64,000 nt of DNA from an uncultured delta proteobacterium (GCA_963814035.1 CAWFBH010000001.1:337130-401129), one strand, 5' to 3'; shown: positions 23,230-35,264, counted from the first letter of the stretch. Notes: a model not told the origin generated them from the letters alone. Numbers and translations: made by a program.

Positions 23230-24387
23230 TTAATCTTCCGCGCCTGCGTGCGCGCCCTGCATCACCGCTTGAACCACCTCACCCTCACGAGCTGATTGAC
23301 CGACGTTGACGGCGACAACATCGCTATCGCTAATGCCGCTGGTAACTTCCACATTGATCCCATTGTCGTAGCCGAGGGTGACTTCAGCCAGATGCATCCG
23401 CCCATCGCGAATCACCGGGACCAGGACCTTTCCACCGTGAAAAATCAGCGCGTCGTCCGGCACCATCGGGACCGATGAAGGAGTCGCGACCGCGAGAGCT
23501 ACGATCGCATACATCCCAGGCAACAGCGCAGTGTCACGATTTTCGAGGTCCACCTCAACCCGCATCGTGCGGCTTCCCGCATCGAGGGCGGTGGAACGGC
23601 GCGTTACGGTACCCGGAAACGGCCGCCCCGGATACTCGCCCACCGTAACGGTAACTTTATCGCCATCCTTGATGAAGGGCGCGGCGCTTTGCGGCACATC
23701 GGCGTAAATTCGCAGCGGCGTCAGGGTCGCCATCGTCAAAATCGGCGCTCCGCTTCCAGTAGTGCTGACGGTCGCTTGCGGAATCATCGCGCCGGGATCG
23801 ACATTGCGCGCAGTGACGATGCCATCGAACGGGGCTTTTACAATCTCATATGTTTGCATGGCGACGAGCTGGTTGAGTGCCTCAAGGGCTTCCAGCATTG
23901 CGGCATGCGAATCATCCGCGGTCTGCTCGGCGACGACGCCGGTTCGCAGTAACATCTGATTGCGATCGTCGGTAATCTTCTGCAACTCGTAGGTCGCGCG
24001 CGCGTTTTCAACTTGATGATCCAGCTCGGGAGAGTCGAGCACCGCGAGCACCTGGCCCTGCTTGACGCGATCTCCCTTATCCACCTTGATCGTCTTCAGA
24101 TAGCCGGCGACTTTTGCGTAGACCGGCGTTTCAACAAAACCGTGGATGCTCGCGGGAATCTTGAGTTGTCGCGACTTGGGGCTGTGGATCACCTTCGTCA
24201 CCAGAACTCGCTGCCCCTGCTCGTATTCGCGTTCCAGCTCGGAGCTCTGACGCCCGATCCAAAGATTCCGGGCAAGCACCAATCCGGCGGTCAATCCCAC
24301 CACCACAACCACCGCGCCAATCCATCCGACGACAAAAATTTTCCCGGTCGCGGGAGGCGTATAATTTTTCGGATCTTCTTCAGCCAT
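23230..24387 (-). CDS. RND efflux periplasmic adaptor (membrane fusion protein)
   Basis: It has an N-terminal TM anchor, a lipoyl/hairpin/beta-barrel pattern (VKQGQVLAVLDSPELDHQVENARA...VKAPFDGIVTARNVDPGAMI), and sits next to an RND permease. Confidence 0.9.
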   Translation of the reverse strand: MAEEDPKNYTPPATGKIFVVGWIGAVVVVVGLTAGLVLARNLWIGRQSSELEREYEQGQRVLVTKVIHSPKSRQLKIPASIHGFVETPVYAKVAGYLKTIKVDKGDRVKQGQVLAVLDSPELDHQVENARATYELQKITDDRNQMLLRTGVVAEQTADDSHAAMLEALEALNQLVAMQTYEIVKAPFDGIVTARNVDPGAMIPQATVSTTGSGAPILTMATLTPLRIYADVPQSAAPFIKDGDKVTVTVGEYPGRPFPGTVTRRSTALDAGSRTMRVEVDLENRDTALLPGMYAIVALAVATPSSVPMVPDDALIFHGGKVLVPVIRDGRMHLAEVTLGYDNGINVEVTSGISDSDVVAVNVGQSAREGEVVQAVMQGAHAGAED

Positions 24388-24402
24388 CGGCTCTGCGATT
24401 TT

Positions 24403-27400
24403 TCATGCGCCCGGAAGCGTGATCGCGTCTATCTCAGCGTCGCGCTCATGTTTGCCTTTGATACTTCCACCGAACATCGAGTACACCGCCGGCACCACCA
24501 GCAGCGTCATCGCGGTTGCGGCGAGCAAGCCGCCGATCACCGCACGCCCAAGCGGCGCGTTCTGCTCCGATCCTTCCCCGATCGCGAGCGCCATCGGCAG
24601 CATACCCAGGATCATCGCGAGCGCGGTCATCAACACCGGCCGGAGCCGGATAGTCGCCGCCTCAATTGCCGCCGCCGCCGGGGTATAGCCATCCTCGCGC
24701 AGTTCGTTGGCGAATGTTATCACGAGATTGCCGTTGGCGACGCCGACGCCGACCGCCATGATCGCTCCCATCATCGATTCCACGTTGATGGTCGTGCCCG
24801 TCAGAACCAGCATCCACAGAACGCCCGCGAGCGCACCCGGGACCGCTAACATAATGATGAACGGCTCCAGCCACGACTGGTAGCTGGAAACCATCAGCAG
24901 GTAGACGAGGATAATCGCGAGCACGAGACCGAGCTCGAGCGCGCCGAAGGATTCCCGCATCGCCCGGCTTTGACCTCGAATGACAACCTCGGTGCCTTTG
25001 GGCAGTTGCCCCAATGAATCGATTGCGCGTTGCACATCGCTCGACGACGCGCCCAGATCGCGGCCACTCACGCCGGCATTGACATCGATGACGCGTTGCA
25101 CGGTGTAATGATCGAGCGCCGCCGGCTCGACAGTTTGACTGACGGTCGCCACGTTGCCGAGGAATTGTGGCGGGCGCTCCGCTCCATCAACCGAGGTAGG
25201 TGTGAGCGGTGTATTCACCAGTTCGCCGACGGAGTCGACGATATGTTGCGGGACCTGAACGTTGACGTTGTAGTTCACGCCATTTTTTGGATCGAGCCAA
25301 AAATTCGGCGACAGCAGAAAGCTCGAACTGAGCGAGATTAAGAGATCGCTCGCGACTGCGGACTGATCGACCCCGAGTTCCAACGCTTTGGAGCGATCGA
25401 CGTTTACCCGCAGGGTCGGATAGTCGAGGCGTTGCGCGATGCGAATGTCCGTGAGCCCGGGAATCCGATGCATCTTGGCATCGAGTTTCGACGCGACCTC
25501 GTAGTCCGAATTGATATCGTTGCCAATGACCTGCACGTCGATCGCCGCCGGGAGGCCGAAATTCAGCACCTGGCTGACGATATCAGCCGCCTGGAAGTAG
25601 CCTTCAATATCGGGGAAGTCGTGTTTGAGAAGTTGGCGGATCTTCTCGGTATAACCCTCAGTCGGACGATGCCCCGGTTTGAGCTGGATGAGCACATCGG
25701 CGTCCTGCGGACCGATACTGTCGGTCTGATAAAACGCCAGATTGAAGTATTGCGGCAGTCCGATGGTATCGCTGATATCGCCCAGATCCTCGCGCGGAAT
25801 AACCTTGTGGATGGCGCGTTCGATGTTGTCGACAATTCGCTCGGTCTCTTCGATGCGAGTGCCGGTCGCGGCCCGGATGTGAAGTTTCATCATCCCGGCG
25901 TCGATGGTGGGAAAGAAATCCTGCCCTGCGACCGGAATCAGTACCAGACTCGCTAATATGATGATGGAAACGCAGCTGAGACATAGTTTGCGGCGCGCGA
26001 TGAACTTCGCGAGGACGCTCCGATAACGCTCCTTGAAACCGTCGAAACGCGCATCGAAGCCGGTCACAAACCGGTTCCACCAACCACTACCGCCGCCGAC
26101 GTTTTCTTCGTGGCTATCCGAGAGCAGATAGCGCGCCATGCTCGGAACCAGCGTGCGCGACAGCAAATAAGAGGTGAGCATCGAATACACGACCGCGAAA
26201 GCGAGCGGCGTGAAGAGATATTTCGCTACGCCGCCGAGCAGGAACACCGGAAAGAACACGATACAGATCGCGAGCGTGCCGACGAACGCCGGCGTGGCGA
26301 TTTGACTGGCGCCATCTAGAATCGCCACTAGCAATGGTTTTCCCATCGCATGGTTGCGGTGGATATTTTCGATTTCCACCGTCGCGTCGTCGACCAGCAT
26401 TCCGATCGCGAGTGCCAGCCCACCCAACGTCATGATGTTGATCGTCTGTCCGGAAAGTTTGAGCCCGATGATCGCGGTCAGGATCGACAACGGAATCGAA
26501 ATGATCACGATGATCATGCTGCGCGGCGAGCCGACGAACACCAGCACCATGATCGCGACCAGGGTCGCCGCGATCACCGCCTCGCGCACGACCTCCCAAA
26601 GCGCGTTGCGCACGAACTGCGACTGGTCGAATGCAATCGACATGTTCATGCCGGCGGGCGCGGTGGCCATAATTGAGGGGATCCGTTTCTTGACGTTGCT
26701 CACCACCGCCATCGTCGAGGCCGCCGCGTGCTTGATGATCGCGAGGTAGGTGCCGCGCTTGCCATTAACGCGCACTACGTTGGTTTGCACGGTATGCGAA
26801 TCGTGTACTGGCGCCACGTCGCCGAGGAAGACCGGCGTTTGCCCCACGACCTTCACCGGCAGCTGATTGAATTCCTTGATGTGATCGGGACTTCCGTTGA
26901 GCTCGACGTAGTACTCGCGATCGCCGATCTTCACGCTGCCCGCCGGCAGGATGACGTTGGTGAGATTGAGCGCATTGCTGATGTCGTTGGCGGAGAGCGA
27001 GTTCGCATAAAGCGCCGCCGGATCAATATTCACCATGATCGCACGGCTGCGTCCGCCGTACGGCGCGGGCGAGGAGAGACCTTCGATCGTGAACAGCTTG
27101 GGACGGATGAAATTCAGTCCGTAGTCGAACAGCGCCTGCTCGGAAAGAGTTTCGCTCGAAATGTTGAGCTGCGCGACCGGAACGTTCGCCGCGTTGAAAT
27201 CAACCACGTTGGGCGCTTGAATGCCTGGCGGCATGATCTTGATGATGCCCTGCGTGACCGACGTCATCTGCGCGATTCCGCCCGCAGTGGTCTCGCCCGC
27301 ATGAAAGTAGATTTTCATCAAACCGACGCCCTGGATCGATCGGGACTCGATATGCTCGATGCCATTGACGGTGGTGGAAAACGCGCGCTCGGTGATAAAG

Positions 27401-27591
27401 ACGACGCGGCGCTCCATATCGATGGCGGGCAGTCCCGGGTAGTTCCAGATGACCATGACGACCGGCAGATCAATCGCCGGAAAAATGTCGATGTTCATCA
27501 TGCTGAACGAGAGCACGCCCAGAACCAGCATCAGCGCCGCCATGACTGCGACGGAAAGCGGACGGCGCAACGCGAATCGTACTATCCACAT
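24403..27591 (-). CDS. RND efflux permease (AcrB/HAE1-like), intact 1062 aa
   Basis: It shows 12-TM RND architecture, with conserved TM4 LGGLALAIGMLVDDATV and TM10-11 regions. Confidence 0.95.
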   Translation of the reverse strand: MWIVRFALRRPLSVAVMAALMLVLGVLSFSMMNIDIFPAIDLPVVMVIWNYPGLPAIDMERRVVFITERAFSTTVNGIEHIESRSIQGVGLMKIYFHAGETTAGGIAQMTSVTQGIIKIMPPGIQAPNVVDFNAANVPVAQLNISSETLSEQALFDYGLNFIRPKLFTIEGLSSPAPYGGRSRAIMVNIDPAALYANSLSANDISNALNLTNVILPAGSVKIGDREYYVELNGSPDHIKEFNQLPVKVVGQTPVFLGDVAPVHDSHTVQTNVVRVNGKRGTYLAIIKHAAASTMAVVSNVKKRIPSIMATAPAGMNMSIAFDQSQFVRNALWEVVREAVIAATLVAIMVLVFVGSPRSMIIVIISIPLSILTAIIGLKLSGQTINIMTLGGLALAIGMLVDDATVEIENIHRNHAMGKPLLVAILDGASQIATPAFVGTLAICIVFFPVFLLGGVAKYLFTPLAFAVVYSMLTSYLLSRTLVPSMARYLLSDSHEENVGGGSGWWNRFVTGFDARFDGFKERYRSVLAKFIARRKLCLSCVSIIILASLVLIPVAGQDFFPTIDAGMMKLHIRAATGTRIEETERIVDNIERAIHKVIPREDLGDISDTIGLPQYFNLAFYQTDSIGPQDADVLIQLKPGHRPTEGYTEKIRQLLKHDFPDIEGYFQAADIVSQVLNFGLPAAIDVQVIGNDINSDYEVASKLDAKMHRIPGLTDIRIAQRLDYPTLRVNVDRSKALELGVDQSAVASDLLISLSSSFLLSPNFWLDPKNGVNYNVNVQVPQHIVDSVGELVNTPLTPTSVDGAERPPQFLGNVATVSQTVEPAALDHYTVQRVIDVNAGVSGRDLGASSSDVQRAIDSLGQLPKGTEVVIRGQSRAMRESFGALELGLVLAIILVYLLMVSSYQSWLEPFIIMLAVPGALAGVLWMLVLTGTTINVESMMGAIMAVGVGVANGNLVITFANELREDGYTPAAAAIEAATIRLRPVLMTALAMILGMLPMALAIGEGSEQNAPLGRAVIGGLLAATAMTLLVVPAVYSMFGGSIKGKHERDAEIDAITLPGA

Positions 27592-27628
27592 AAGCGGGCG
27601 TTCTCAGTTGCCTGCGAAAAAGCGAACC

Positions 27629-28588
27629 TCAGCGCGTATCGTCTTTGGACGGATCGGAAGGAGAATAAGGCAGCGATCCAAAACAGGCAAGGTGGACTAT
27701 TTTTTGGGGCGCGCGGCTCTCTTCGTACGGGCCGAGGCAATTTTCGCGCTCGGTCGATGGAGCATCGCGAGCAGGCGGCGAGAGTGTCGCGCGCATTTGG
27801 CCGCGTTGCACGATGGCGTCGAGCATTCCATGGGCGAGGAGAAATTCCGCGCGCTGAAAGTCAGCGGGAAGATCCTCGCCGGTGGTCTGCTTGGTCACCC
27901 GTCGTCCCGCGAAGCCGATCAAAGCGCCCGGCTCCGAAATGTTGAGGTCACCCAGCATCGCGAATGAGGCCGCGACGCCGCCCGTAGTCGGATCGCATAG
28001 CACGGATATGAAGGGCAGCCTCGCATCACGCAGTCGTGCGATCGCCGAGGAGACTTTCGCCATTTGCATCAGCGAGAGCGCGCCTTCCTGCATCCGCGCG
28101 CCGCCCGATGCCGCGAACAGCACGACGGGCAATCCCTGTTCGAGCGCATGTTCGAAAAGCCTCGCGAGTTTTTCCCCTACGACGACGCCCATGCTGCCGC
28201 CCATGAATTCGAAATCCATGATGGCGAGCGCGACCGGATGCTCTTCGATACTCGCGGTGCCGACCACTACCGCATCGTTGCGGCCGCTGGACTTGCGGGC
28301 GGCATTGAGACGGCTGGGATAGGGTTTGCTATCGACAAATTCGAGCGGGTCACCGATTGCGATGTCCGCGAAGAGTTCACGCCAGCTTCCGCGATCGGCG
28401 GTGATCGAGAGGCGCTGACTCAGGGTGAGCCGGAAATGATGACCACACTTGCCGCATACGTTGAGGTTGCGTTCGACTTCCTTGCGGAAGGCGATCTCTT
28501 TGCACTTCGGGCACTTGACCCAGATGTCTTCGGCGACCGGCGCGGTCTCGGCCGGCTTTTCGATTGGTACAGTCTCGCGCTCCGCCAT
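27629..28588 (-). CDS. accD: Acetyl-CoA carboxylase carboxyltransferase beta subunit; probable 3' frame break near 27778
   Basis: It has the Zn ribbon CPKCKE...CGKCGHH and GGSMGVVVGEK...ASGGARMQEG. The ATG at 28588 is preceded by GGGTGGA. Removing one C near 27778 gives a more typical tail, ...RLLAMLHRPSAKIASARTKRAARPKK, with a stop at 27697-27699. Confidence 0.9.
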   Translation of the reverse strand: MAERETVPIEKPAETAPVAEDIWVKCPKCKEIAFRKEVERNLNVCGKCGHHFRLTLSQRLSITADRGSWRELFADIAIGDPLEFVDSKPYPSRLNAARKSSGRNDAVVVGTASIEEHPVALAIMDFEFMGGSMGVVVGEKLARLFEHALEQGLPVVLFAASGGARMQEGALSLMQMAKVSSAIARLRDARLPFISVLCDPTTGGVAASFAMLGDLNISEPGALIGFAGRRVTKQTTGEDLPADFQRAEFLLAHGMLDAIVQRGQMRATLSPPARDAPSTERENCLGPYEESRAPQKIVHLACFGSLPYSPSDPSKDDTR

Positions 28589-28604
28589 TTGTCCACCCGT
28601 CTTA

Positions 28605-29444
28605 TTAGGCAATCGCGGCCTCGGTTCCGGCCCGCGCATGCTTCATCGCGCTCTTCATCGATCCTACCAGTTCGCCAACCTTTTTAACGAGATCCGGCGA
28701 CGAGCCATTGGTCTCGATCAGCAGTGAAAGCGCGCTACCTACGACCACCGCGTCCGCGAAGCGAGCGACCTGCGCCGCCTGGGCGGGCGTCGAGATCCCG
28801 AAGCCTACTCCAATCGGCAAATCCGTCACGCCGCGAAGATTGTTCACGTGCTCCTCGATATCAGATGCGAGTGCGGTGCGCGCGCCGGTCACGCCAGTCA
28901 CCGAGACATAATAAATGAAGCCGCTCGCGGAGCGCACTACAGTGCGTGCGCGATCGATGGGCGTTGTGGGCGCGAGCAGGTAGATGAGATCGAGGCCATT
29001 GGCATGCGCGGGCCTCTTCAACTCGCCGGCTTCGTCGGGCGGAAGATCGACCACCAGCAGGGCATCGATTCCGGCACGTGCGGCATCGGCGCAAAGTCGC
29101 TCGCAACCGTAGTGGAAAATCGGATTGAAGTAACCGAACAGGATCAGCGGAATTTCGGTTTCCTTGCGCAGCTCACTCACCATCGAAAGAATCGCGGCGA
29201 GCGATGCGCCGGATTTCAGGCCGCGCTGGGCCGCGCGCTGGTTCGCAGGACCGTCAGCCATCGGATCGGAGAACGGCACGCCCAGTTCGATGATGGCGGC
29301 GCCCTGCGCCTCGAACTCGCGGATCAGCGCCGCGGTGGCATCGAGATCCGGATCGCCTGCCACGACGTACGGAATTAGCGCGCTTTCGTTTCGCGCGCGC
29401 AGTTCTTTGAATTTGGCGCTGATCCTATGTTTCATGATGGACAT
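28605..29444 (-). CDS. trpA: Tryptophan synthase alpha chain
   Basis: ALIPYVVAGDPD...IELGVPFSDPMADGP...GFIYYVSVTGVTG is canonical TrpA. Confidence 0.95.
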   Translation of the reverse strand: MSIMKHRISAKFKELRARNESALIPYVVAGDPDLDATAALIREFEAQGAAIIELGVPFSDPMADGPANQRAAQRGLKSGASLAAILSMVSELRKETEIPLILFGYFNPIFHYGCERLCADAARAGIDALLVVDLPPDEAGELKRPAHANGLDLIYLLAPTTPIDRARTVVRSASGFIYYVSVTGVTGARTALASDIEEHVNNLRGVTDLPIGVGFGISTPAQAAQVARFADAVVVGSALSLLIETNGSSPDLVKKVGELVGSMKSAMKHARAGTEAAIA

Positions 29445-29445
29445 C

Positions 29446-30666
29446 TCAAACCCTCGCTCCCAGCGCGCCTACAATCGTATGCATGTCTTTGTCGCCACGC
29501 CCTGATAGATTGATGATCATCACCTGGTCCGGGCGCATGGTCGGCGCGAGCTTCGCCGCATACGCAACCGCATGTGAACTTTCCAGCGCCGGAATGATCC
29601 CCTCGGTCTCGGAGAGAAGTTTGAGTGCGTCGAGCGCCTCCGCATCGGTCACAGCTACATATGATGCGCGCCCACTTTGATTCAGGTACGCGAGCTCGGG
29701 GCCGACCCCGGGATAATCGAGGCCCGCAGCGATCGAATGCGTCTCGCGAACTTGCCCCAGCTCATCCTGCAAAAGGTAGGTTTTGTTGCCATGCAGTACG
29801 CCGACGCTGCCGGCGTTGATGGTCGCCGCATGCGAGGAAGTGTTGAGCCCGAGACCCGCCGCCTCGACGCCAACCATCTCGACTCCGGCGTCCTTGATGA
29901 ACGGATAGAAAAGTCCGATCGCATTGGAGCCGCCGTTGACACATGCGACCAGCACGTCGGGCAGGCGATTTTCCTTTTGCATGATTTGCTTGCGCGCCTC
30001 GCGCCCGATCACCGATTGGAAGTCGCGCACGATCATCGGATAAGGATGCGGCCCGGCCGCGGTTCCGATGAGGTAGTAGGTGTTGCGCACGGTCGCGATC
30101 CAGTCGCGCAGCGCCTCGTTGAGCGCGTCCTTGAGGCTCTTGCTGCCCGCATCGACGGCGGTGACTTTGGTGCCCAGCAGCTTCATGCGAAACACGTTGA
30201 GCGCCTGGCGTTCCACATCAACCGAGCCCATGAAGACTTCGCACTCGCGCTGAAACAGCGCGGCCATCGTCGCGGTCGCGACGCCATGCTGACCTGCGCC
30301 GGTTTCCGCGGTGATCCGCGTCTTGCCCATCCGTACCGCGAGCAGCGCCTGACCCAGCGCGTTGTTCACCTTGTGCGCGCCGGTATGACAAAGGTCCTCG
30401 CGCTTGAGATAAATCTTCGCGCCGCCGAGGCGCGCGGTGAGATTCGCCGCATGATAGAGCGGCGTCGGACGGCCGACGAACTCGCGCGAGCGCTCTTCCA
30501 GTTCGCGCTTGAAGGCCGGATCGCGGCGCGCCTCTTTGTAGGCTTTTTCCAGTTCAGCCAGCGCCGGCATCAGCGTCTCGGCGACATACTTGCCGCCGAA
30601 TTCGCCGAAGTGGCCGTGGCTATCGGGCAGACTTGGCATTGCGAATGAATCTCCTGAGTTTGTCAT
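29446..30666 (-). CDS. trpB: Tryptophan synthase beta chain
   Basis: [19 protein letters not shown]...[16 protein letters not shown] (PLP lysine context)...GGGSNAIG. The start is uncertain (30666 or 30639); the track ORF begins at 30717. Confidence 0.95.
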   Translation of the reverse strand: MTNSGDSFAMPSLPDSHGHFGEFGGKYVAETLMPALAELEKAYKEARRDPAFKRELEERSREFVGRPTPLYHAANLTARLGGAKIYLKREDLCHTGAHKVNNALGQALLAVRMGKTRITAETGAGQHGVATATMAALFQRECEVFMGSVDVERQALNVFRMKLLGTKVTAVDAGSKSLKDALNEALRDWIATVRNTYYLIGTAAGPHPYPMIVRDFQSVIGREARKQIMQKENRLPDVLVACVNGGSNAIGLFYPFIKDAGVEMVGVEAAGLGLNTSSHAATINAGSVGVLHGNKTYLLQDELGQVRETHSIAAGLDYPGVGPELAYLNQSGRASYVAVTDAEALDALKLLSETEGIIPALESSHAVAYAAKLAPTMRPDQVMIINLSGRGDKDMHTIVGALGARV

Positions 30667-31232
30667 GGTCCTTGATGCCCGGAACCGATTCGACCCCGCT
30701 CGCGACATCAACCGCATAGGGCGAAAGCTCGGCGGCCTCGTGAACGTTATCGGGATTCAACCCTCCCGAGATAAACGCGCGGCTCAAATCGAGACCGCGA
30801 AGGTCGGTGAGCGAGCGTTTCGCGCCGGTGCCTCCGTAAAGTCCCGGATGAAAGGTATCGAGCAGCGTATATATGGATGTTGCGGGCGCGGCAGGTTGAA
30901 ATGTCTCGCCGGGTTTTAGCCGCAATGCTCGAATCACCGGCACCGGCCATCCCTCGAGAAATGAGTCGGGCTCGTCGCCGTGAAATTGCAGCATGTCGAG
31001 CCGCATCTGCTCGAGACAATCCATGATGAATTCGCGTGCCGCGTTCACAAACACGCCGACCACCTGGTGCGGCTCGGGAATCGCCTCGCGAATTTCGCGC
31101 GCGCGCTCGCATCGAGACCGAGCGCGGGCTGCGCGCATAAAAATTGATTCCGATCATATCGGCGCCGAAATCGATTGCGGCAAGGGCGTCCTCGACGCGG
31201 GTGATCCCGCAGATTTTGACCTTGATGTTCAT
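30620..31232 (-). CDS. trpF: Phosphoribosylanthranilate isomerase, one frame break near 31110
   Basis: The N-terminus [37 protein letters not shown] is in ORF 30747..31232. The remainder (...LQFHGDE...GGTGAKRSL...[11 protein letters not shown]) is in ORF 30620..31138. Confidence 0.9.
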
Positions 31233-32024
31233 CGCGCAGGTTCCAGCGCCTTGATTAGCTCGGGAAGTTTACCGGCGGGATTGCCGTCGCGGAGCAGGCT
31301 CTCGCCAATCAGAAATGCGCGCGCGCCCGCAGCATCGAGACGCCGAATGTCTGCTGACGTGCTGATTCCGCTTTCGGCAACGATGAGCGCCTCGCCACGA
31401 TAGTCGGCGAGCAGATTCTCGGTCACCGCCAGGTCGGTCACAAAGGTATGCAGGTCGCGATTGTTGATGCCGATCAGTTCCGCACCGATCCGGCGTCGCG
31501 AGCGCGAACTCTTCGGGATTGTGAACCTCGATCAGCGCGGCCATTTTGACTTCGCGCGCCAGCGCCGCCAGCGATCGCAGCTCGCCCTCTTTCAACATCG
31601 CAAGCGATAAGAAGGATACAGTCCGCGCCCGCCGCGCGCGCCTCGTAAATCTGGTACGGATGAAAAATGAAGTCCTTGCGCAGCAGCGGCAGATCGACCG
31701 CCTCGCGCACCGCGCGCAAATCATCGAGGGTGCCTTTGAAGTGGCGATCGGTGAGCACCGAAATCGCCGCCGCGCCGCATGCCTGGTACTCGCGCGCGAC
31801 CGCCTTCGGATCGAGATTCGGCAGAATGTCGCCCTTGCTCGGAGAGGCGCGTTTGATTTCCGCGATAATCGCGGGACGGCGTGCGCGCAGCGCGGCAATG
31901 AAGTCGCGCGGCGGCGGTGCCTCCTTTGCGCGCGCGACGATCGCGACATCGCTGACGAGCTGGCGTTGCGTCTTCGAATTCTTCGCGTTTGGCGGCGAAT
32001 ATTTTGTCGAGAATCGAAGCTCAT
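31229..32024 (-). CDS. trpC: Indole-3-glycerol-phosphate synthase, at least three frame breaks
   Basis: The fragments are (M)[14 protein letters not shown] (after removing one T near 32017), [60 protein letters not shown] and [29 protein letters not shown]. The ATG at 32024 overlaps the trpD stop in ATGA. Confidence 0.9.
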
Positions 32025-33077
32025 TTGGCTTTCGGATTTTCTTCCTGATTCCGTGCCGCCGTTGGTGATGCGTCGCATCTCGCCGATCACTTCCAGTGCG
32101 GATTCCGATTCGATGATTTCGCGCGCTCTCGCGACGCCATCGGCGAGGGACGTAGCTTTGCCGCCGACATAAATCGCCGCGCCGCCATTGAGCGCGAGTA
32201 TATCCTGCGCCGGACCCTCTTCATCTCCCACCAGGGCGGCGCGCAACAACTTCGCGGAATGGTCAGCATCATCGGCGCGCAACCCGCTGCGACCGGAGCG
32301 TTCGATTCCGAATTGCTCGGGCACGATAGTGTATTCGCGAAATCGAGTCGCCGCGGATTTCGGCAACTTTGGTTTCCGCGCTGATGGAAATCTCGTCGAG
32401 GCCGTCGAGCCCATGCACCACCATCGCGTGCTCGGTTCCGAGGACGGCAATTGCGCGCGCAACTTCCTCGAACAATTGCGCCTCCGCCACGCCGGTAACT
32501 TGGCGCGACGGCGCGGCGGGATTCACCAACGGCCCCATCAGGTTGAACAGCGTGCGGGTCTTGAGCGTGCGCCGCAGCGGTGCGAGCCGCGCCATCGCCG
32601 GATGATATGCGGGCGCGAAGATGAAGCAGCATCCGGCGGTCCGCAAGCATTTTCGCAGAATGGCGGATCGCAGATCGATCTTGATGCCGAATTTCTCCAG
32701 CACGTCGGCGCCGCCGACCTTGCCGCTGATTGCGCGATTGCCATGCTTCGCGACCGGAACCCCGGCCGCCGCCGCGATAAAAGCCGCGCCGGTCGAAATG
32801 TTGAAGGTGCCGGCGTTGTCGCCGCCGGTGCCGCACGGTGTCGAGGAGACCATCGACGCCGAGCTTGAGCGGCACGCGCGCGACGACGCATCGCCCGCGC
32901 ACATCCAGCAATCTCGTCACCGGTTTCACCCTTGACCTTGAGCGCGATCAGAAACGCGGCGGCCAATATTTCCGAAACGTCACCGTCGAGCACCTCGCCA
33001 AAAGCTCGTTCGGCGTCTTCGGCAGAAAGCGCGTGACGAGCGAGGACCGCCTCGTATGCGGATGCAAAATCGCTCAC
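32021..33077 (-). CDS. trpD: Anthranilate phosphoribosyltransferase, at least three frame breaks
   Basis: The N-terminal part is [22 protein letters not shown]. The core is [45 protein letters not shown]...[11 protein letters not shown]. The C-terminal part is [14 protein letters not shown]. These are spread over three overlapping ORFs. Confidence 0.9.
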
Positions 33078-33650
33078 GCGGCCGCTCGCTTCATGAAGTT
33101 GTGCAGGAGGTGTTTTCCCTCCGGGGTTCCGATCGATTCGGGATGAAACTGCACCCCCTCCACGAATAGCTTCTTATGACGCAAGACCCATCACTTCACC
33201 TTCCGCGGTGCGCGCGCTGATTTCGAGACATTCGGGAATCGAGTTCGCGTCGACGATGAGCGAATGATAGCGCATCGCGTCGAAGGGATTCGGCATGCCT
33301 TCGAAGATCGAGCGGCCATCGTGAATCACCGGCGAGGTCTTCCCATGCATCAGGCGTGGCGCGCGATCGACCCGGCCTCCGAACGCCTCGCCCATGCATT
33401 GCTCGCCGAGGCAGACGCCGAGAATCGGCACCTCGCCCGCGAGCTCCTTGAAAATCGAGAGCGAGATTCCCGCCTCTTTGGGCGTGCAGGGACCCGGCGA
33501 AACCACGATCGCGTCGGGATGAAGCGCGCGAACGCCCGCGATATCGATGACATCGTTGCGCTTCACGGTCACATCGGCGCCGAGCTCGCCGAGATATTGC
33601 ACGAGGTTGTAGGTGAACGAATCGTAATTATCGATCATCAAAATCTTCAC
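33074..33650 (-). CDS. trpG: Anthranilate synthase component II (glutamine amidotransferase), one frame break near 33182
   Basis: [24 protein letters not shown]...[13 protein letters not shown] carries the catalytic Cys. The tail [34 protein letters not shown] is read in the next frame. Its stop overlaps the GTG start of trpD in GTGA. Confidence 0.9.
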
Positions 33651-33654
33651 GATG

Positions 33655-35176
33655 TCACCTGACCACCGCTGCGGCAGCGGCTTCGAATTCGCGCGCCGCG
33701 TTGAGCGCGCGAATCATCGCGCGCGCCTTGTTGACGGATTCATCGAACTCCGCGCCGGGATCGGAATCGGCGACCACGCCGCCGCCGGCCTGCACATAGA
33801 CGCGATTGTTTTTGATCAGCAGCGTGCGCAACGCGATCGCGGTATCGGTATTGCCGGTGAAGCTGAAATAGCCGACCGCGCCCGCATAAACGCCGCGCCG
33901 CACCGACTCCAGCTCGTCGATAATTTCCATCGCGCGGATTTTCGGCGCGCCCGAAACCGTGCCCTGCGGAAACGTCGCGGCGAACGCATCGAAGGCGTCG
34001 CATCCGTCGCGCAGCTCGCCGGTGACATTCGAAACGATATGCATCACGCTGTAGTAGCGCTCGACCACCATCAGCTCGGTCACTTTGACCGAACCGATTT
34101 TCGCGACGCGGCCAACGTCGTTGCGACCGAGATCGACCAGCATGATGTGCTCGGCGCGCTCCTTCGGATCGGCGAGCAGTTCCTTTTCGAGGTCGCGGTC
34201 TTCGGATTCGGTCTTGCCGCGCGGGCGCGTCCCCGCGATCGGACGCAAGGTGATCTCGCTGCCCTCGACCCGCACCATCACCTCGGGCGACGCGCCGACG
34301 ATCGTGTGGTCGCCGAGCCGCAGATAAAACATGTAGGGCGAGGGATTGATGGTGCGCAGGCTGCGATAAATGTTGAACGGATGAACTTCGAGCGGCGCTT
34401 CGAAGCGCTGCGAGGGAACCACCTGGATGATGTCGCCGGCGGTGATGTACTCCTTGGCGCGCGACACCGTCGTCATGTAGGCCTCGCGATTGGTGTTCGA
34501 GGTAACGGCGACTGGAGCATCGAAGGCGATCGCGCTTCCCTCCAGCCGCGGCGGGAATGACCGGGCCGGCCAGCCGATCGATCAACTCATCGATCTTTCG
34601 CTGCGCATGCTCGTAGCCCTCGCGCGGGGAAGCGAAATCATTCACCGCGACATTGACGATCAGCGTCAGCGATTGCCGCACGTTATCGAACATGATGACG
34701 GAATCGGTGAACATCATGTAGAGATCCGGCGTGCCGAGGTCGTCGTGCGCGCGCGCCGGGATGCGCGGCTCGAAGCATCGCACGATATCATAGGCAAGAA
34801 AGCCGACCGCGCCGCCGAAAAAACGCGGCAAGCCGGGAATTTCCGGGGCCTTGAAGCGCTGCACTTCCTTGCGCAGCTCCTCGAAGGCGTTCGGCGCGAT
34901 CCGCGATTCGGTTGCGCGGCCGGGCCGGATGATATCGGTGCGGTCGCCGCGCGCGCGCATGACCATCGACGGTTCGGTCCCGAGAAAGGTATAGCGCCCC
35001 CATTTCTCGCCGCCGCGAACGCTTTCCAGCAGGAACGAGTAGTCGCCGCGCGCGACCTTCAGAAACGCCGATACGGGCGTCTCCAGGTCGGCGGCGATTT
35101 CGCGGCTGACGGGAATCAGGTTGAACCCGTCGCGCGCGAGCCGTTCGAATTGTTGCAGGTCCGGCAACAGCGCCAT
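33655..35176 (-). CDS. trpE: Anthranilate synthase component I, two frame breaks near 34480-34560
   Basis: The N-terminal half is in ORF 33740..35176 ([21 protein letters not shown]...). The C-terminal chorismate-binding half is in ORF 33655..34476 ([12 protein letters not shown]...[15 protein letters not shown]...[11 protein letters not shown]). A GGAG lies 9 nt upstream of the ATG. Confidence 0.95.
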
Positions 35177-35221
35177 TTTGTTTTCTCCCGTCTCCTGCCG
35201 CGGATCCCACGCCCCTCGCCA

Positions 35222-35264
35222 TCAAATGAAAAGGGCCGCAGGATTTTCGCCCGCGGCCCTTTGG
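35222..35264 (-). terminator. trp attenuator terminator hairpin in the trpE leader
   Basis: Minus strand: CCAAAGGGCCGC-GGGCGAAAATCCT-GCGGCCCTTTTCATTT. It lies 22 nt after the leader-peptide stop, and about 45 nt upstream of the trpE ATG. Confidence 0.7.
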